DNA from: Gammaproteobacteria bacterium
GTDB taxonomy: Bacteria > Pseudomonadota > Gammaproteobacteria > Steroidobacterales > JABDMI01
DNA: 63,790 nucleotides
Direction: 5' to 3'
Assembly: GCA_013001575.1 (NCBI GenBank)
Contig: JABDMI010000127.1
Location: 1 to 63,790 of the forward strand
Shown: positions 28,060-39,581 of the stretch, in pieces
How the letters are laid out: every line of letters starts with the position of its first letter
How positions within the stretch are numbered: position 1 is the first letter of the stretch
Notes under the pieces: generated by a model
What the model was told of the DNA's origin: nothing
The model's database searches: none
The model's input: only the letters and a program-made list of their open reading frames with translations
Position numbers and translations under genes: made by a program

Positions 28060-31000
28060 ATGCGATTAATTGATATCGCTACCGAGCGTCGTGTCACGAT
28101 CGGGATGGCCATGATTGCCATCGTCATATTTGGTCTGGTCGCACTTTCCCGTTTATCGGTGACATTGTTACCCGACCTGAGTTATCCGACATTAACAATT
28201 CGCACAGATCTGAGTGGCACCGCACCTGAAGAGATCGAAACCCTGATCACCAAGCCAATTGAAGAAAGCTCGGGTGTTATAAAAAATCTTAAACGTGTGC
28301 GTTCGGTGTCCAAGGCTGGACAGTCTGATGTCACCCTGGAATTTAACTGGGGCACCAACATGGATCTGGCCTCGGTCGATGTTCGAGAAAAGATCGATCT
28401 GTTGAATTTACCCGAAGAAGCTGGAAAACCCCTGTTGTTACGCTTTGACCCGGGATCTGAACCCATTATTCGTTATGCCTTGGTTGCTTCGTCTGGCGCA
28501 ACGCCGGAAAGCGACGACCCGTCCGGGGCCAGTTTAGAATCAAGTATTGAAACCCTCAAGCGATTACGCCGTTTTGCAGACGAGCGTCTTAAAACCGACC
28601 TCGAAGCAATTGACGGTGCCGCCTCAGTAAAGATCAGTGGTGGTTTTGAAGACGAGATCCTGATCACGGTCGATCAGGAAAACCTTTCACAAAAAGGTTT
28701 AAGCATTCAAAGCATTGCTGATCGCTTGCAGCAGGAGAACATCAACATGAGCGGGGGTCAAATTGAAGAAGACCAACGTCGCCTGCAAGTACGCACAGTG
28801 AACCAGTTTGAATCACTGGATGACATCAAGAATACGATTATTGCAATTAATGACAGCCGGCCTACTTATTTGTATGAAGTGGCCAAGGTTGAAATGCTGT
28901 ACAAGCAGCGCAAAGCTATCTTTAGAGTAAATGGCAACGAAGCCATTGAACTGGCCATATATAAAGAAGGTGACGCAAACACTGTTCAGGTTGCCAAGCG
29001 TATTCGTAACGCTGTCGAGTCCTACGCTGCCCAAAAGCAAGCGAGCGACCCGGATAAAGAAAAGTCTGACGCCGAAGATCCCGACGGCAAGCCTTCCGGC
29101 CAACAGTCGCGGAATAACCGTGGAGATGGCCAGGGCTTTATGGCAAGCCGCAAACAACCCTTGCCTGCTGGTTCAGACCTCAAACTGGTACAAGATCAAT
29201 CGGTCTTTATTGCAGACGCCATTTCACAAGTTCGTTCAGCCGCTGTATTGGGCGGGCTGTTGGCCATATTCGTACTCTACGGTTTTTTACGTGACGCCCG
29301 CTCTACCTGGATCATTGGCTTGACCATTCCGGTGTCGGTCATCGGTACCTTTTTCCTTATGTATCAAATGGACCTGAGTCTGAATATTATGTCCTTGGGG
29401 GGTATTGCACTTGCAATTGGTTTGCTTGTGGACAACTCCATAGTCGTGCTAGAGAACATTGCACAAAAACGTGAAAAAGGCCTGGATCAGGTTCAAGCCG
29501 CAAAAGAAGGAACGACCCAAGTCGCCATGGCGGTTACTGCATCAACCTTTACAACAGTCGCGGTTTTCTTTCCTATGGTGTTTGTTTCCGGAATTGCAGG
29601 CCAACTTTTTAAAGACCAGGCCCTTACGGTCAGTTTTGCCCTGATCTTTTCACTTATAGTGGCCTTAACCTTGATACCGATGCTGAGTACTTTGGGAACC
29701 ACTAGACGCTTCGAACAAGACGCTGAGCATGAACTGGCACAGGGTTTCAAGCCGGATGATTACGGATCTATAAAAAAAGGCTTCTCTTATATAGGTCGCT
29801 TATTCCTGGTTTGGATACCGGTATTGATCACGAAGATTATTCAAACTGTGTTTAAGCTGGTCAGCACCCTACTGCATTATGTGTTAAAACCGTTTGTGTG
29901 GGTATTCAACCGACTATATACCCTGATAGCCAGATTATATGCACCCTTCCTGACCTGGTCATTAGGCAATCGCTCACTGATTGTGGCCACGAGTATTATG
30001 GCTTTTGCTGCAAGTCTGTCTCTGGTGCCCCGTCTCGGAACAGAGTTGATCCCGCAACTGGCGCAAGGCGAATTTTATGCGGATATTCGATTGCAGCCCG
30101 GTACACCGATCTCCTCAACCGATTCCGTATTGCGTCAGGCGCAAGAGAATATGCGCAACGATGACCGCATCAAACTCCTGGCATCCGTTGCAGGCACCGG
30201 TAACCGGCTGGATGCCGCCCCGGTAGACAGCGGAGATAATGCCGGCCGCCTGAATGTTCAGATCAACAAAGCGGGTCAACAGGGAAACCGGATTGAAAAT
30301 GGCCTACGCAATGACCTCAGGGAACAATTAAGTGGATTGCCAGGCGTGGCTTACGAATTCGGCACACCGGAACTGGTAAGTTTCAGCACTCCGTTGCAAG
30401 TTGTCATTGGCGGATATGACCTGGATCAGTTACAAGCTGCCAGTCAACAAGTTATTCAGCTTATGCAAAATACCGGATTGTTTAGCGATATCCGTTCAAC
30501 CATTGAACAAGGTCAACCAGAGATCCATATTATTGCCGACACCCAGAAAGCAACTGCCCTCGGTTTGAATGAAAGGGATATTGCCAATAGCGTGGTCAAT
30601 AAAGTACGCGGAAAGATCGCAACCAAATACTCCTGGCGCGATCGTAAGATCGATGTCCTGATAAGAAGCCTTGATGCGACCGATACCTCACGCGAAGAGA
30701 TCAATAAGCTGATTATCAATCCGCAAAGTGATCGTCCTGTTCCACTCTCCTCAGTAGCCAGCATCGAGGAATCGTTGGGCCCCTCATCGATCAACAGGAT
30801 TGACCAAAGACGGGTTGCACTTATTTCTGCCAATGTGCTTGACGGTGATCTGGGTTCGGCCGTGGACATACTTGATAATGAGCTCAAGCAGTCAAGCTTT
30901 CCAACAGGTATCAACGCGGAGATCAAAGGCCAAAGCGAAGAAATGCAAGAAGCCTTCAAGTCATTGCAATTTGCCATGCTTTTCGCGATCTTTCTGGTTT

Positions 31001-31458
31001 ATCTGGTCATGGCCTCGCAATTTGAGTCACTGGTTCATCCTTTTGTCATTCTGTTCACCATTCCCTTGGCATTGATCGGCTCAATCCTCGCCTTGTACGT
31101 CACCGGTACCACCATCAACGTCGTTGCCCTGATCGGTTTGATCATGCTTGCCGGCATTGTGGTGAATAACGGAATTGTGTTGATTGATCTGATCAATCAG
31201 TTACGCGCCGCAGGCTTGGCTAAAACCCAGGCCATTCTTGAAGGCAGTCGTGACCGCTTACGTCCGATTCTCATGACAGCAATGACCACCATTCTCGGCC
31301 TTTTACCCATGGCTATTGGAGTCGGCGAAGGCGCCGAGATACGTGCGCCGATGGCGATCACTGTGATTGGCGGTATGCTGGTTGCAACTTTGCTAACATT
31401 AATTGTGATTCCGGTGGTGTATTCATTACTGGATAACAAACGCTACCAAAGCGTGTAA
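28060..31458 (+). CDS. RND efflux transporter permease (AcrB/MdtB-like)
   Basis: 1132 aa. 12-TM RND layout with conserved GIALAIGLLVDNSIVVLENI and GLIMLAGIVVNNGIVLID motifs. Confidence 0.9.
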   Translation: MRLIDIATERRVTIGMAMIAIVIFGLVALSRLSVTLLPDLSYPTLTIRTDLSGTAPEEIETLITKPIEESSGVIKNLKRVRSVSKAGQSDVTLEFNWGTNMDLASVDVREKIDLLNLPEEAGKPLLLRFDPGSEPIIRYALVASSGATPESDDPSGASLESSIETLKRLRRFADERLKTDLEAIDGAASVKISGGFEDEILITVDQENLSQKGLSIQSIADRLQQENINMSGGQIEEDQRRLQVRTVNQFESLDDIKNTIIAINDSRPTYLYEVAKVEMLYKQRKAIFRVNGNEAIELAIYKEGDANTVQVAKRIRNAVESYAAQKQASDPDKEKSDAEDPDGKPSGQQSRNNRGDGQGFMASRKQPLPAGSDLKLVQDQSVFIADAISQVRSAAVLGGLLAIFVLYGFLRDARSTWIIGLTIPVSVIGTFFLMYQMDLSLNIMSLGGIALAIGLLVDNSIVVLENIAQKREKGLDQVQAAKEGTTQVAMAVTASTFTTVAVFFPMVFVSGIAGQLFKDQALTVSFALIFSLIVALTLIPMLSTLGTTRRFEQDAEHELAQGFKPDDYGSIKKGFSYIGRLFLVWIPVLITKIIQTVFKLVSTLLHYVLKPFVWVFNRLYTLIARLYAPFLTWSLGNRSLIVATSIMAFAASLSLVPRLGTELIPQLAQGEFYADIRLQPGTPISSTDSVLRQAQENMRNDDRIKLLASVAGTGNRLDAAPVDSGDNAGRLNVQINKAGQQGNRIENGLRNDLREQLSGLPGVAYEFGTPELVSFSTPLQVVIGGYDLDQLQAASQQVIQLMQNTGLFSDIRSTIEQGQPEIHIIADTQKATALGLNERDIANSVVNKVRGKIATKYSWRDRKIDVLIRSLDATDTSREEINKLIINPQSDRPVPLSSVASIEESLGPSSINRIDQRRVALISANVLDGDLGSAVDILDNELKQSSFPTGINAEIKGQSEEMQEAFKSLQFAMLFAIFLVYLVMASQFESLVHPFVILFTIPLALIGSILALYVTGTTINVVALIGLIMLAGIVVNNGIVLIDLINQLRAAGLAKTQAILEGSRDRLRPILMTAMTTILGLLPMAIGVGEGAEIRAPMAITVIGGMLVATLLTLIVIPVVYSLLDNKRYQSV

Positions 31459-31487
31459 CCCAGGGATTCAATACAAGGTAACTCCTT

Positions 31488-34400
31488 ATGAATTTGACCG
31501 CCGCCGCATTGAAACGCCCAATCACAACAATCATGGCCTTTGTTGCCATGGCCATTATTGGACTGGTCTCTCGTCCCTTAATCCCGCTTGAAAGCTGGCC
31601 TGAAGTCGATGCACCTTTTCTTGGAATTCAAATTCCCTACCCGAATGCTACCGCAAAAGAAGTCGAAACCGAGATCGTTAGACCCCTGGAAGAAAGTATT
31701 GCGACCATGACGGACGTGCAGCGTATGTTCTCCACATCAAACCGTAATGGCGGATTTGTCGGGATATTTTTTGGCTGGGGCGCCGACATGGAAGGAAAAC
31801 GTATCGAGCTGCGTGCCAAGATCGATGCCATTTCCGATCAATTCCCGATCGACCTCGAACGTTTGCCGATTTTCTCGTTCAATACCGGCGATGCACCCAT
31901 CTTAACCATACGCATATCCACCGAACGAGACTTGTCCAATGCCTATCAAATGCTCGATAGGAACGTCATTAAACGATTATCACGCCTGGAAGGAGTTGCC
32001 AATGTTCGTTTGGACGGGGTGTTTCCCAAACAAATCTCAATAAAGCTGAATGCCGACCGGGTTGCCGCACATAACATCAATCTCTTCAGCTTGCGCCAAC
32101 AGTTGCAAAAGACCAATTTTACCGTCAGTGCTGGTGAGATCACGACTTCCAACCAGAAATGGCTGGTTCGACCGCAAGGAGAATTCAACAGTCTGGACGA
32201 TATTAGAAATGTTTTGATCCAGCCCCAAGGCATCAAACTCTCGGACATTGCTGAAGTTGTTTTGGAGGAACCGGAGCGTGAGCATGGTCGTCATTTGAAT
32301 GGAACCTATGCGGTTGGGATCGACATTCAAAAAGCCAGTGGCTCAAATCTGGTCAATGTTGCCGATTCGGTTCTCAAGGAGATCTCGGTGATCGGCGGAC
32401 TGCCTGAAATGCAAGGCATTGAGCTCTATGTAATGAATAATATGGGCGAAGATGTAAAACGCTCATTGACCGAACTGGTCAAAGCCGGAATGATCGGAGC
32501 CATACTTGCCTTCATAGTACTCTTTTTGTTTCTACGCGAACCCATGAGTACTCTCATCGTTGCAATGTCAGTACCTTTTTGTTTGCTCATTACAATCGGC
32601 GCTATCTATTTTTCCGGCTACAGCTTTAATATCTTGACTTTGATGGGCATGATGCTGGCCATTGGAATGCTGGTTGATAACAGCGTGGTTGTCACGGAAA
32701 ATATTTTTCGCAAAAGACTGGAAAACAGTGACCCCTACGCAGCCACGATCGAGGCCACCAAAGAAGTCAATCTGGCGATCACTGCCGGCACCCTGACGTC
32801 GGTTATTGTTTTTGCGCCAATTGTGTTTAGTGAGGCAAATCCTTTGTTTCTGTTTTTGAAGCACACTGCATTCACAATTATTGTGGCACTTTTGGCTTCG
32901 TTACTCATTGCTCAGACTCTTATTCCAATGTTGGCGTCGCGCATCAAGTCGGTAAAAGTAAAAGGCGAAGGCCGGATTATGCGCTGGCTTTCCGGTAAAT
33001 ACGCCAAAATTCTGGCGATTGCCCTGAATAAAGCGCGTTACAGTGTGTTGGGATTAGTGGCCATATTTGTATTGACGGGGGTCGCCATGAACGGTTTCAA
33101 GGTGGATATGAATGATGAAGAATCCAGTGACCGCCTGTTCTTGCGTTACAACGTTATCGGCATCCACCCCTTAAGTAAAACCGAGGAAGCGGTCAATATC
33201 ATTGAAGAATATCTTTTTGCCAATAAGGAAAAATACACCATTGATTCGGTCTATTCCTTTTTCAATACTGACAGGGCTGAATCTACGATTATCTTAAAAC
33301 AGGATTCACATCTCAATCCGAAACAGGTGCAAAAAGACATTGAAGAAGGATTGCCACAATTGGTGATCGGCACGCCCAGCTTTGAGCGACAACGCATTGG
33401 TGGTGACGAAGGATTCAAAGTTCAACTCTATGGCGATTCTACAGAACGTTTACGCGAGATCAGTCGCGAGGTTATGGCAACCTTGCGTGGTGTTGAAGGA
33501 CTGACCAATGTGTTACCCGACATCTTCCGGTCAGGGCGAGAAGTACAGATCAAAATTAAAAAAGATCGGGCAGCCCAGCTGGGAATTAGTCCGTTATTAG
33601 TCGCCAACAGTGTCGCCACCGCTCTACGCGGGGATAGACTACGCAGTATGCGAACCGAAAATGGTGAAACCGAGATCAGGGTTGAATTCGCAGATAAAGA
33701 TGCCCAGAGTATCTCTAATATTAAATTGATACCCGTATACACCACTAGCGGTGATCGAGTTAATCTTGAGCAAGTTGCCGATGTGATCACCGAATACGGC
33801 ACTAGCATAATCCGACGTGAAGATCGTCGCACAACCCTGGGCATCAGTGCCGATTTTGAGGAAGACGCCGATATTGCTCAAATCCGGGAAGCCACAAACC
33901 AGTTATTGGCAAGCTATAACTTCCCGCCGGGTTATGGCTGGGGTCTCGGTCGCTCATTCCAGCAACAGGATGAAGATCAAAAAGCCATGATATTTAATGT
34001 TTTGCTGGCGATCCCGTTGATTTTTATTGTCATGGCCGCATTGTTTGAATCTCTGCTCTACCCATTGTCGATCATCACCTCGATCGGTTTTTCTTTTATC
34101 GGTATCGTTTTGTTTTTTGCCGCAACTGGCACAACCTTTACCCTGATGTCGGCGATTGGTGCCCTGATCCTTATTGGCATTGTGGTCAACAATGGCATCG
34201 TCCTGGTTGAACACATCAACTTTTTACGCAAAACCGGGCTCGAACGTATTTCAGCGATCATTCAGGCGGGTAGAGATCGTCTGCGACCCATTTTAATGAC
34301 TGTGATCACAACGGTTTTGGGCATGGTGCCGCTGGCGGTAAGTTCAAGCACATTGGCTGGCGCTGACGCGTCTTATGCCCCAATGGCCAAAGCCATTATT

Positions 34401-34511
34401 GGCGGTTTGCTTTTTTCCACGGTGGTTTCCTTGATCATCGTTCCGGTGATCTACTTGTGGCTTGACAACATGTCAAGATGGGGTCGTGCGGTACGCCAAA
34501 GAGCGGCATAG
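31488..34511 (+). CDS. RND efflux transporter permease (second, MdtC-like)
   Basis: 1007 aa. GMMLAIGMLVDNSVVVTENI and GALILIGIVVNNGIVLVEHI motifs. Tandem to the first permease. Confidence 0.9.
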   Translation: MNLTAAALKRPITTIMAFVAMAIIGLVSRPLIPLESWPEVDAPFLGIQIPYPNATAKEVETEIVRPLEESIATMTDVQRMFSTSNRNGGFVGIFFGWGADMEGKRIELRAKIDAISDQFPIDLERLPIFSFNTGDAPILTIRISTERDLSNAYQMLDRNVIKRLSRLEGVANVRLDGVFPKQISIKLNADRVAAHNINLFSLRQQLQKTNFTVSAGEITTSNQKWLVRPQGEFNSLDDIRNVLIQPQGIKLSDIAEVVLEEPEREHGRHLNGTYAVGIDIQKASGSNLVNVADSVLKEISVIGGLPEMQGIELYVMNNMGEDVKRSLTELVKAGMIGAILAFIVLFLFLREPMSTLIVAMSVPFCLLITIGAIYFSGYSFNILTLMGMMLAIGMLVDNSVVVTENIFRKRLENSDPYAATIEATKEVNLAITAGTLTSVIVFAPIVFSEANPLFLFLKHTAFTIIVALLASLLIAQTLIPMLASRIKSVKVKGEGRIMRWLSGKYAKILAIALNKARYSVLGLVAIFVLTGVAMNGFKVDMNDEESSDRLFLRYNVIGIHPLSKTEEAVNIIEEYLFANKEKYTIDSVYSFFNTDRAESTIILKQDSHLNPKQVQKDIEEGLPQLVIGTPSFERQRIGGDEGFKVQLYGDSTERLREISREVMATLRGVEGLTNVLPDIFRSGREVQIKIKKDRAAQLGISPLLVANSVATALRGDRLRSMRTENGETEIRVEFADKDAQSISNIKLIPVYTTSGDRVNLEQVADVITEYGTSIIRREDRRTTLGISADFEEDADIAQIREATNQLLASYNFPPGYGWGLGRSFQQQDEDQKAMIFNVLLAIPLIFIVMAALFESLLYPLSIITSIGFSFIGIVLFFAATGTTFTLMSAIGALILIGIVVNNGIVLVEHINFLRKTGLERISAIIQAGRDRLRPILMTVITTVLGMVPLAVSSSTLAGADASYAPMAKAIIGGLLFSTVVSLIIVPVIYLWLDNMSRWGRAVRQRAA

Positions 34512-34599
34512 CCATACAAAATAAGCTTGCCAAAAAGAACAAAAAAAGGTTAATTGAGAGTCAACTAAATTTAATCGGAGAATGCATCCGCGTACTGAC

Positions 34600-35634
34600 T
34601 CAGGGGATCATCAGGTCGTTGAGACCCCAATAATTTTCATTCAGCACATTCACTTCCAGATTCACATCGGTGATCGTGGTGGTTAGGGATGTACCGCTGA
34701 CATCATTGACCAGTTTTGTGATGGATTCGGGATCAGGTATCGAATCATCCGGCCGTTTGTATTCGATGTTCTCTTTGAGTTTCGCCATCCGGGTTTGCAC
34801 TTCGGCCCCCAGATCTTTCAACTGGGCAAATAATTCCAGTTTTTGGGCGCAGCGATGAACAATCTCGTTTTGCTCTGCGGCGGAACCAAATGTGATCTCC
34901 CAGGGCTTTTTCCTTTGTGCCTGATAGGTTTTATTGCCCAAGCCCAATTCAGTCAATGACATATAAAAATATTGTGCCAAGGCAATCATGGCGAGATTGA
35001 TTGAGCGCTTTCCTGCCAGGTCCAGACCATCAAACTCTGGCCAGGGTTGGCTCTCGATCTTGATGCGCTGGTCATACATGGCCTGAATTTCCGAGTAGGC
35101 CTCTGACTGGGTTTTCATAGCGATGGCGCGCTGTTTGGAAACGCCCTGTTTACCCAGAAACTGCCAGGGATATTTGTAGGATTCCATCTTTTTGCTCAAC
35201 TCATCGACCCGCGCATTCACACCGTCGAGCAGCTTTTTGCGATTATCGATGCTTTTATTGATCTTGTTAAGTTTGTCGGTTTTTTGTTGATTAAATTCCA
35301 TCAACTGCTGTTTGCGCTCACGGTCGCGTTGTTGATCGACCAGACGGTCACGAAACTTGTGGATATAACGATTACAAGTGTCCCAGACTTTACGCAGCTG
35401 GTAGTACACGCGCAAGTTCGCGTATTTTTCCGGTTTTTTTAATAATTTTTCCAGCATGACCAGATCTGTTTCCAGTTCTTCGATCCGGTGAGCCTGGGCA
35501 TCGGTGGTCCTGGTCAGGAGAAGTTTATCTTTCTGGAGCTGGTTGAACTCCTGTTTAAGTTCGGCACGACTTTGAAACAGTTGCATCAACCGTTCTTCAG
35601 TATTCCCGTCTGGTTTTTTACCGGCAGATGCCAT
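34600..35634 (-). CDS. Hypothetical coiled-coil protein
   Basis: 344 aa. The N-terminal half is heptad-rich (QLQKDKLLL..IEELETDLVMLEKLL). No recognised family. Confidence 0.55.
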   Translation of the reverse strand: MASAGKKPDGNTEERLMQLFQSRAELKQEFNQLQKDKLLLTRTTDAQAHRIEELETDLVMLEKLLKKPEKYANLRVYYQLRKVWDTCNRYIHKFRDRLVDQQRDRERKQQLMEFNQQKTDKLNKINKSIDNRKKLLDGVNARVDELSKKMESYKYPWQFLGKQGVSKQRAIAMKTQSEAYSEIQAMYDQRIKIESQPWPEFDGLDLAGKRSINLAMIALAQYFYMSLTELGLGNKTYQAQRKKPWEITFGSAAEQNEIVHRCAQKLELFAQLKDLGAEVQTRMAKLKENIEYKRPDDSIPDPESITKLVNDVSGTSLTTTITDVNLEVNVLNENYWGLNDLMIP

Positions 35635-35675
35635 GTATTCTCCGCAAGCTATAATTTATTATCTAGCTTATTATC

Positions 35676-36155
35676 CTAACTATCTGTATTTTCATCGATT
35701 TTACCTGTGAAAACAAGCTTTCTGGACAAACAATACGCCAACCATTTATTCAAAAACATGTTTTGTTGCCACAAAACCCGCAGTCGGCTCTGATTCAGCG
35801 GGAGTGATTTTAGCTGATAATCGGTATTTTCCTGAATACTCGACGTTACCGCCGCACACAAAGCGTCATGATACAGCCGAATACGAAAATGGTTGATGCG
35901 AACCGGCTCACCTTGATCAAACAGGTCTTCATCGATACACACCAGGCTTGTGTAGGTGGTTACATCCTCGATCCTGCAGTGCACCGCGTGCTTGTCATAA
36001 CGAATGGTCGCCTCACCGTAATCGATATGTTTGCGGTCTGCGTTGAGAAAACGCATGAGTTGAATATAGTTACTTTCGTATAAAGCCATTAAAGCCGCAA
36101 AACTGACCGGTTTGCTTAAGCGTGGGATAACAATGCGACTGTCGGAATATTTCAT
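35676..36155 (-). CDS. DUF1249 (YqiB-like) protein
   Basis: The ESNYIQLMRFL, IRLYHDALCAAV and NMFLNKWLAYCL pattern matches my recollection of YqiB/DUF1249. Confidence 0.6.
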   Translation of the reverse strand: MKYSDSRIVIPRLSKPVSFAALMALYESNYIQLMRFLNADRKHIDYGEATIRYDKHAVHCRIEDVTTYTSLVCIDEDLFDQGEPVRINHFRIRLYHDALCAAVTSSIQENTDYQLKSLPLNQSRLRVLWQQNMFLNKWLAYCLSRKLVFTGKIDENTDS

Positions 36156-36172
36156 GCTTTTATTGTGCGTTA

Positions 36173-37018
36173 CTAGATGCGACGTTTCAAGTCGGTTTGC
36201 TGCAAAATTATACTGGCGATCTCTTCCACCGATGAATGCGTGGTGTCGGTATTTTGAATTCTGAATTTGCGATAGATCGCCGCAGCCTGGCGCACTTCAT
36301 AATTCACTTGCTGCATGGACGCATATCGACTGTCTGGACGGCGTTCCGAACGGATCTGTGCCAGCCGCTCAGGTTCAATATTCAAGCCGAATAATTTATG
36401 GCGATGTTTGCTCAGAGAATCCGGCAATTGCAGTTTTTCAAAATTTTCATCAGCCAGGGGGTAATTAGCCGCATAAATCCCGTACTGCAAGGCCAGGAAC
36501 AAACACGTCGGGGTTTTTCCAGAACGAGACGCGCCAACCACGATCACATCAGCCTCAGCGTAATGATCGGTTCGCACGCCGTCATCATTTGCCAAAGCGT
36601 AATTGATCGCGGAAATTTTTTGTGTGTAGGCTTTGGTATCGGCACTGTGCGCTCGTCCGACCTGATGCGTGGAGGCCTTACCCAAAGCTTTCTCCAATGG
36701 AGCAATAAATGCCTCGAAAAAATCCATATACAAAACAGCACTTTTATCAAAATGCTGCATAAAGATCTCACGCACCTCATCTTGCACCATGGTACTGAAC
36801 ACAAAAATATGTTCACCACTCTGGGCTGCTTTGGCGTGTATGTCCTGAACTGTCTGCGCGGCCTTATCGATGCTGTTAATAAAGGGGATGGTTACCTGTT
36901 TAAAATGAATACCACTGAATTGGGTTAGCAGACTTTTCCCCAGGGTTTCGGCGGTTATCCCGGTTTGATCTGAAATAAAGTACACGTAACGCTTGGGCAG
37001 TTCGGAAGAGTTGGTCAT
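36173..37018 (-). CDS. ppsR: PEP synthase regulatory protein (bifunctional kinase/pyrophosphorylase, DUF299)
   Basis: YFISDQTGITAETLGKSLLTQF and GASRSGKTPTCLFLALQYGIYAANYPL motifs. Divergent from ppsA. Confidence 0.9.
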   Translation of the reverse strand: MTNSSELPKRYVYFISDQTGITAETLGKSLLTQFSGIHFKQVTIPFINSIDKAAQTVQDIHAKAAQSGEHIFVFSTMVQDEVREIFMQHFDKSAVLYMDFFEAFIAPLEKALGKASTHQVGRAHSADTKAYTQKISAINYALANDDGVRTDHYAEADVIVVGASRSGKTPTCLFLALQYGIYAANYPLADENFEKLQLPDSLSKHRHKLFGLNIEPERLAQIRSERRPDSRYASMQQVNYEVRQAAAIYRKFRIQNTDTTHSSVEEIASIILQQTDLKRRI

Positions 37019-37167
37019 TTTATCAACGATTCAGTATGAGGTAATCGGGCATAATTATGCCCCATCAATGAGCAAATCTGTGTGAATTGATCAGGTATTT
37101 TATTTCCTTAATGCTGAAATCTGCCCGATAAAAGATTTCAGCCACATCGAAACAAGAGGACACGCAC

Positions 37168-39537
37168 TTGCAAGATTTTATTATTCGTCTCAATGACCTT
37201 GGCATGCAGGACATTGATCAGGTTGGTGGCAAAAATGCTTCTCTTGGAGAATTGATCTCAAACTTGAGTGAATCCGGTGTGAATGTGCCTGGCGGGTTCG
37301 CAACTACTGCACATGCCTATCGCGAGTTTCTGGAACAGGATGGATTGGCCGAAAAGATCCGGCAAGAAATGCATGGACTGGATGTTGACAACATTCAGCA
37401 ATTAACCCGGACGGGTAAAAATATTCGAAACTGGATCCTAGAGGCGCCGTTTTCAAGTGCGTTTGAGCAAGCTATACGAGTAGCTTTTACCAGCATGACC
37501 GATGAGATTGGTAATGACCTCGCTGTTGCCGTACGTTCATCCGCAACCGCAGAAGATCTGCCCGATGCGTCTTTTGCCGGACAACAAGAAACTTTTTTGA
37601 ATGTGCGGGGAATAGAGAATGTATTGACCGCCATCAAAGAGGTCTTTGCCTCCTTATACAATGATCGCGCTATTGCTTATCGCGTACACCATGGTTTCGA
37701 GCATCACAACGTAGCGCTTTCTGCCGGTATTCAGCAAATGGTACGCAGTGATACCGGCGCCAGTGGGGTTATGTTTACCCTGGACACCGAATCCGGCTTT
37801 CGTGATGTCATTTTCATCACGGCCTCCTATGGGCTGGGTGAAACCGTTGTGCAGGGTGCTGTAAATCCCGATGAATTTTATGTGGGCAAGCACAGCTTGC
37901 GTGAAAACAAGCACGCCATTCTGCGGCGTACCTTGGGCAGCAAAGCCATAAAAATGGTGTATGCCGAGCACAATTCGCACAGCAAAGCCGTCAAAACCGT
38001 GGAAAACAGTCAGGAAGACCGTCAACAGTTTTGCCTCAGCGATGACGATGTTGAAACCCTGGCGCGGCAAGCGCTCGCAATTGAATCACATTACCAACGC
38101 CCCATGGATATCGAATGGGGTAAAGACGGTATCACCGGCAAGATCTATATTCTGCAAGCGCGTCCTGAAACGGTCCAAAGTCGCAGTGGTAATACCCTGG
38201 AACGCTACCAACTGGAACAACATTCCGAGATTTTATTGACCGGGCGTGCCATTGGACAACGCATTGGCGCCGGCAAGGTTCGTGTGATTAAGAACGTGAG
38301 TGAAATGGACAGCATGCAGACTGGCGATGTACTGGTCGCCGACATGACGGATCCGGACTGGGAACCGGTCATGAAACGTGCTTCGGCAATCGTCACCAAT
38401 CGGGGTGGTCGCACCTGTCATGCTGCGATCATCGCACGTGAACTCGGAATTCCGGCCGTAGTCGGATGCGGCAATGCTACGCAAATACTGCAGGACAGAC
38501 AGAGTGTCACGGTGTCATGTGCCGAAGGTGATACTGGAAATATTTATGCCGGTGACTTGGAATTTGTGCGTAATGAGATTGCACTGGATACTTTGCCCGA
38601 AGTACCGGTCAAGATCATGATGAATGTTGGCAATCCGGATCGCGCCTTCGATTTTGCCAGTTTGCCACATCGCGGTGTCGGTCTGGCGCGACTCGAATTC
38701 ATTATTAATCGCATGATCGGCATTCATCCAAAAGCCTTATTGGAATTCGAACAACAGTCTGCCAGTTTACAAAAAAACATCTCGCAATTGATCGCCGGAT
38801 ACAAAGACCCGGTAAATTTTTATATTGATAAACTCAGCGAGGGAATTGCCACAATAGCTGCAGCCTTTTATCCGCAGCCTGTGATCGTGCGCATGTCGGA
38901 TTTCAAATCCAATGAATACGCAAATCTGGTTGGCGGTGAGAATTATGAGCCGCATGAAGAAAACCCGATGCTGGGTTTTCGTGGTGCTTCGCGTTACATC
39001 AGTGACGATTTTCGCGAATGTTTTGCGCTGGAATGTGCGGCAATACGCAAGGTCCGTAACGACATGGGCCTGGATAATGTGCAAGTGATGATCCCGTTTG
39101 TGCGCACAGTGGCCGAAGCCGCGCAAGTGGTAGAGTTACTTAAAACCGAGGATCTGGAGCGGGGCAAGCATGGTTTAAAACTTATCATGATGTGTGAGTT
39201 GCCATCCAATGCCCTGCTCGCCGACGAGTTTCTGGAACACTTCGACGGTATGTCAATTGGTTCAAACGACATGACCCAATTAACCCTCGGACTCGATCGA
39301 GATTCAGGTGTGATCGCACATTTATTTGATGAACGCGACGCTGCGGTCAAAAAAATGCTCAGCATGGCGATCACCGCATGCAAACAACAGAAAAAATACA
39401 TTGGCATTTGTGGTCAAGGCCCTTCCGATCACCCGGATCTGGCAGAATGGTTACTGGATCAAGGCATAGAAAGCATGTCACTCAATCCGGATACCGTGGT
39501 TGAAACTTGGCTGTTACTCGCCGGTCAAAAGGTTTAA
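37168..39537 (+). CDS. ppsA: Phosphoenolpyruvate synthase
   Basis: 789 aa. [11 protein letters not shown], the [24 protein letters not shown] phosphohistidine swivel and a PEP-utilizer C-terminus ([16 protein letters not shown]). TTG start with AGAGGA SD. Confidence 0.95.
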   Translation: MQDFIIRLNDLGMQDIDQVGGKNASLGELISNLSESGVNVPGGFATTAHAYREFLEQDGLAEKIRQEMHGLDVDNIQQLTRTGKNIRNWILEAPFSSAFEQAIRVAFTSMTDEIGNDLAVAVRSSATAEDLPDASFAGQQETFLNVRGIENVLTAIKEVFASLYNDRAIAYRVHHGFEHHNVALSAGIQQMVRSDTGASGVMFTLDTESGFRDVIFITASYGLGETVVQGAVNPDEFYVGKHSLRENKHAILRRTLGSKAIKMVYAEHNSHSKAVKTVENSQEDRQQFCLSDDDVETLARQALAIESHYQRPMDIEWGKDGITGKIYILQARPETVQSRSGNTLERYQLEQHSEILLTGRAIGQRIGAGKVRVIKNVSEMDSMQTGDVLVADMTDPDWEPVMKRASAIVTNRGGRTCHAAIIARELGIPAVVGCGNATQILQDRQSVTVSCAEGDTGNIYAGDLEFVRNEIALDTLPEVPVKIMMNVGNPDRAFDFASLPHRGVGLARLEFIINRMIGIHPKALLEFEQQSASLQKNISQLIAGYKDPVNFYIDKLSEGIATIAAAFYPQPVIVRMSDFKSNEYANLVGGENYEPHEENPMLGFRGASRYISDDFRECFALECAAIRKVRNDMGLDNVQVMIPFVRTVAEAAQVVELLKTEDLERGKHGLKLIMMCELPSNALLADEFLEHFDGMSIGSNDMTQLTLGLDRDSGVIAHLFDERDAAVKKMLSMAITACKQQKKYIGICGQGPSDHPDLAEWLLDQGIESMSLNPDTVVETWLLLAGQKV

Positions 39538-39581
39538 GATACACTGGCATTTCGCATCCGTTCCCTACCCAGTGGAGTTAG

